Below are positions 61,913-64,000 of a stretch of 64,000 nucleotides of DNA, piece by piece. Position numbers and translations under genes: made by a program. The notes beneath the pieces were generated by a model. It worked only from the letters and a program-made list of their open reading frames with translations. It was not told where the DNA came from and ran no database searches. The stretch spans positions 5,664,001 to 5,728,000 of the forward strand of contig JBKAGP010000001.1 in NCBI GenBank assembly GCA_046290465.1. Reading direction: 5' to 3'. Within the stretch, counting starts at the first letter, position 1. Each line of letters opens with the position of its first letter. The DNA is from Planctomycetota bacterium. Its GTDB lineage: Bacteria > Planctomycetota > UBA1135 > UBA2386.

Positions 61913-61957
61913 CTCCGTGGTCTGCGCTGCGTCGCGCCGCTATGGTGCGTTGCCAGC

Positions 61958-63010
61958 ATGAAGAAGCTGCGCGTCCTGCTGCTGGTTCACGAAGAGTTGT
62001 TGCCGCCGCCGGGCGCCGAGGAGCTGGACTGGGAGGAGACGTATCCGTACCAGATGGAGCTCGACGTGCAGACGACGTTGCGCGCGCTCGGCCACGAGGT
62101 CGAGGTGCTCGGGGTCGGCAAGGACCTCGACGTGGTCCGCCGCCGCCAGCTCGCGTTCCGGCCGCACATCGCGTTCAACGTGTTGACCGACTTCCACGAC
62201 ATCACGTCGTACGAGGCGCACGTCGTCAGCTACCTGGAGCTGCTCAAGCTGCCGTATACGGGCTGCAATCCGCGCGGCATCACGCTCGGCAACGACAAGG
62301 CGCTGTGCAAGCAGATCCTGATGTGGCACGGCATCCCGTGCCCGGCGTTCACGTCGTTCCAGCCGGGGGCGCGCAAGCCGCGGTTGCCCAAGGGGGTCGA
62401 CTACCCGGTCATCGTCAAGTCGGCGATCGAGCACGGCAGCACCGGGATCTCGCAGGCGTCCGTCGTCAAGACCGACAAGCAGCTCGAGAAGCGTGTCGCC
62501 TACATGTTCGACCGGGTCGGCGGCGAGGTGATCGCCGAGCAGTTCATCGAAGGCCGCGAACTGACCGTCAGCATCGTCGGCAACGGCAGCCGGTTGACCG
62601 TGCTGCCGGTCTGGGAGGTCTGGTACTCGAAGCTGCCCAAGAACAAGCACGCGATCTGCACCGAGCAGGTCAAGTGGGACGTCGACTACGCGCAGAGCAT
62701 CGGCATCAAGACCGGCCCGGCGCGGCGGCTGACGGAGAAGAAGCAGAAGGAGTGCCAGGCGATCGCGCGCAAGGCCTACCGCGCGCTCGGCCTGTCCGGG
62801 TATGCGCGCATGGACCTGCGCATGGACGCAGACGGCAACCTGTTCGTCATTGAGGCGAACGTGAACCCGGACCTGACCGAGATCGAGGACTTCTCGGAGG
62901 CGGCCCAGGAGCACGGCCTCGGCTACGACGGCCTGCTGCAGCTCGTGCTCGACTCGGGGATGAAGTACCCGGCGCCGTGGAAGTCGGGGCCCAACAAGAA
63001 GTATCGGTGA
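61958..63010 (+). CDS. D-Ala-D-Ala ligase-like ATP-grasp protein
   Basis: PYTGC, DKAL.K, YPVIVK...S.GIS, EQFIEGRE, YARMDLR, IEANVNP. Confidence 0.85.
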   Translation: MKKLRVLLLVHEELLPPPGAEELDWEETYPYQMELDVQTTLRALGHEVEVLGVGKDLDVVRRRQLAFRPHIAFNVLTDFHDITSYEAHVVSYLELLKLPYTGCNPRGITLGNDKALCKQILMWHGIPCPAFTSFQPGARKPRLPKGVDYPVIVKSAIEHGSTGISQASVVKTDKQLEKRVAYMFDRVGGEVIAEQFIEGRELTVSIVGNGSRLTVLPVWEVWYSKLPKNKHAICTEQVKWDVDYAQSIGIKTGPARRLTEKKQKECQAIARKAYRALGLSGYARMDLRMDADGNLFVIEANVNPDLTEIEDFSEAAQEHGLGYDGLLQLVLDSGMKYPAPWKSGPNKKYR

Positions 63011-63018
63011 CGGGCGGA

Positions 63019-63055
63019 GGGGCTCGGTGGCCGAACGGGCGACCTTGAGCCCCCC
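63019..63055. terminator. GC-rich hairpin between convergent genes
   Basis: GGGGCTC...GAGCCCC stem with inner pairing; no U tract. Confidence 0.4.
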
Positions 63056-63060
63056 GGGAC

Positions 63061-63142
63061 TGGCGCAGGATGAACCCGGTTCGGTATGCGCGGTTCGGTA
63101 TGCGGCGGCAAGTGGCGCAGGATGAACCGGGTTCGGTATGCG
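63061..63142. repeat. REP-like direct repeats
   Basis: Two 30-bp copies (29/30 identical) TGGCGCAGGATGAACCSGGTTCGGTATGCG at 63061 and 63113, plus a 14-bp partial copy at 63091. Confidence 0.85.
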
Positions 63143-63151
63143 GTGGTTGCT

Positions 63152-64000
63152 TCAGCGGCGGCGGCGGTCGCGGGGCTTGCGGCCGCCGCGCGGCTTCACG
63201 CCGGCGTCCTTGGCGTGCACGTAGGTCGGGTCGCCGCGGCGCGCGTTGGCGGCCTTGCGGCGCGAGGCCAGCGCCTCCTTCGGTGCGCTGCTCGGGATCA
63301 GCGCCAGCGGGCCGTCGCCGATCAGCTCCTTCTTGCCGGCGTCGAGCAGCGCGCGGCGCACGACGAAGTAGTTCTCCGGCTTGAAGTACTGCATCAGAGC
63401 GCGCTGCACCTCGCGGTCCTTGAGCTTCTTGACCGTCTCGACCGGCTTCATCGTCGTCGGGTCGAGGCCCGTGTGGTACATGCACGTCGCGATGTCCATC
63501 GGTGCCGGGATGAAGTCCTGCACCTGCCGCGGCTTGTAGCCGCGCTGCTTCAGGAACACCGCGAGTTCGATCATCTCGTCGACGCCCGAGCCCGGGTGTG
63601 ACGCGATGAAGTACGGGATCAGGTACTGCTCCTTGCCGGCGCGCTTGCTCGCGTCCTGGAACTTCTCGGCGAAGTCGTCGAACGTGCCGATCGCCGGCTT
63701 CTTCATGTAGTCGAGCACCTTCTGGCTGGTGTGCTCGGGCGCGACCTTGAGCTGGCCGCCGACGTGGAAGCGCGCCATTTCCTCGAGGTAGCCGTCGTCG
63801 AAGCGCGCCAGGTCCATGCGGATGCCGGACGCAACCCGCACCGACTTGACCCCGGGGGTCTCGCGCACCTTCTTGAGCAGCTGTCGGGTCGGGCCGTGGT
63901 CGACGCCGAGTAGCTTGCAGACGGTCGGGTGCACGCACGACAGCCGGCGGCACTTCGCCTCGATCTCGGGCCGCGTGCAGCGCATCTGGTACATGTTCGC
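63152..64000 (-). CDS. ygiQ: YgiQ-family radical SAM protein (C-terminal part; runs off window)
   Basis: NMY.M.C, CRRLSCVHP.VC, SGIR.DL, GQLKVAPEH, QYLIPYFIASHPG, QVQDF.P.PM. Confidence 0.93.
   Translation of the reverse strand, partial: ANMYQMRCTRPEIEAKCRRLSCVHPTVCKLLGVDHGPTRQLLKKVRETPGVKSVRVASGIRMDLARFDDGYLEEMARFHVGGQLKVAPEHTSQKVLDYMKKPAIGTFDDFAEKFQDASKRAGKEQYLIPYFIASHPGSGVDEMIELAVFLKQRGYKPRQVQDFIPAPMDIATCMYHTGLDPTTMKPVETVKKLKDREVQRALMQYFKPENYFVVRRALLDAGKKELIGDGPLALIPSSAPKEALASRRKAANARRGDPTYVHAKDAGVKPRGGRKPRDRRRR

Noticed and set aside
63061..63142. Mini CRISPR array
   Set aside because: Only two full repeats, the 22-bp spacer is mostly a repeat fragment, and there are no cas genes

Overview
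Very high-GC bacterial chromosomal window of about 45 real genes. Gene content suggests Planctomycetota (inference from the ECF sigma-Ser/Thr kinase pair, multiheme cytochrome-PA14/beta-propeller pair and Kelch protein). Left to right: 3' end of trpA and aroF; SulP and beta-carbonic anhydrase opposite an NhaR-like LysR gene; a complete heme operon (hemA, hemC-hemD fusion, hemB, hemL, hemE, hemN, hemY/G, an SDR, hemH). Next come a four-gene unit behind a Fur-box-like palindrome (secreted protein, PepSY-TM protein, small Cys/His protein, double Kelch propeller), a YfiR-hybrid kinase-TonB receptor trio, and a PsrA-like TetR with an RND pump and its operator. These are followed by a class V aminotransferase, two lipoproteins, an amino-acid dehydrogenase, a thioesterase and a degenerate zincin. 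A ~3.3 kb atypical island holds small co-oriented genes (Zn ribbon, macrodomain, ATP-grasp), attC-like remnants and mirror-image G-rich/C-rich flanks. The right part has ECF sigma-kinase-repeat protein, a pentaheme cytochrome plus propeller protein, NPEPL1-like and M1 aminopeptidases, brxC/ytxJ, rpiA, two large secreted orphans, a Ddl-like ligase, an intergenic repeat and partial ygiQ. Best leads: the putative iron-regulated Kelch/PepSY unit, a C-terminal domain shared by unrelated secreted proteins, and the cassette-like island. All calls rest on motif recognition by eye; no searches were run.
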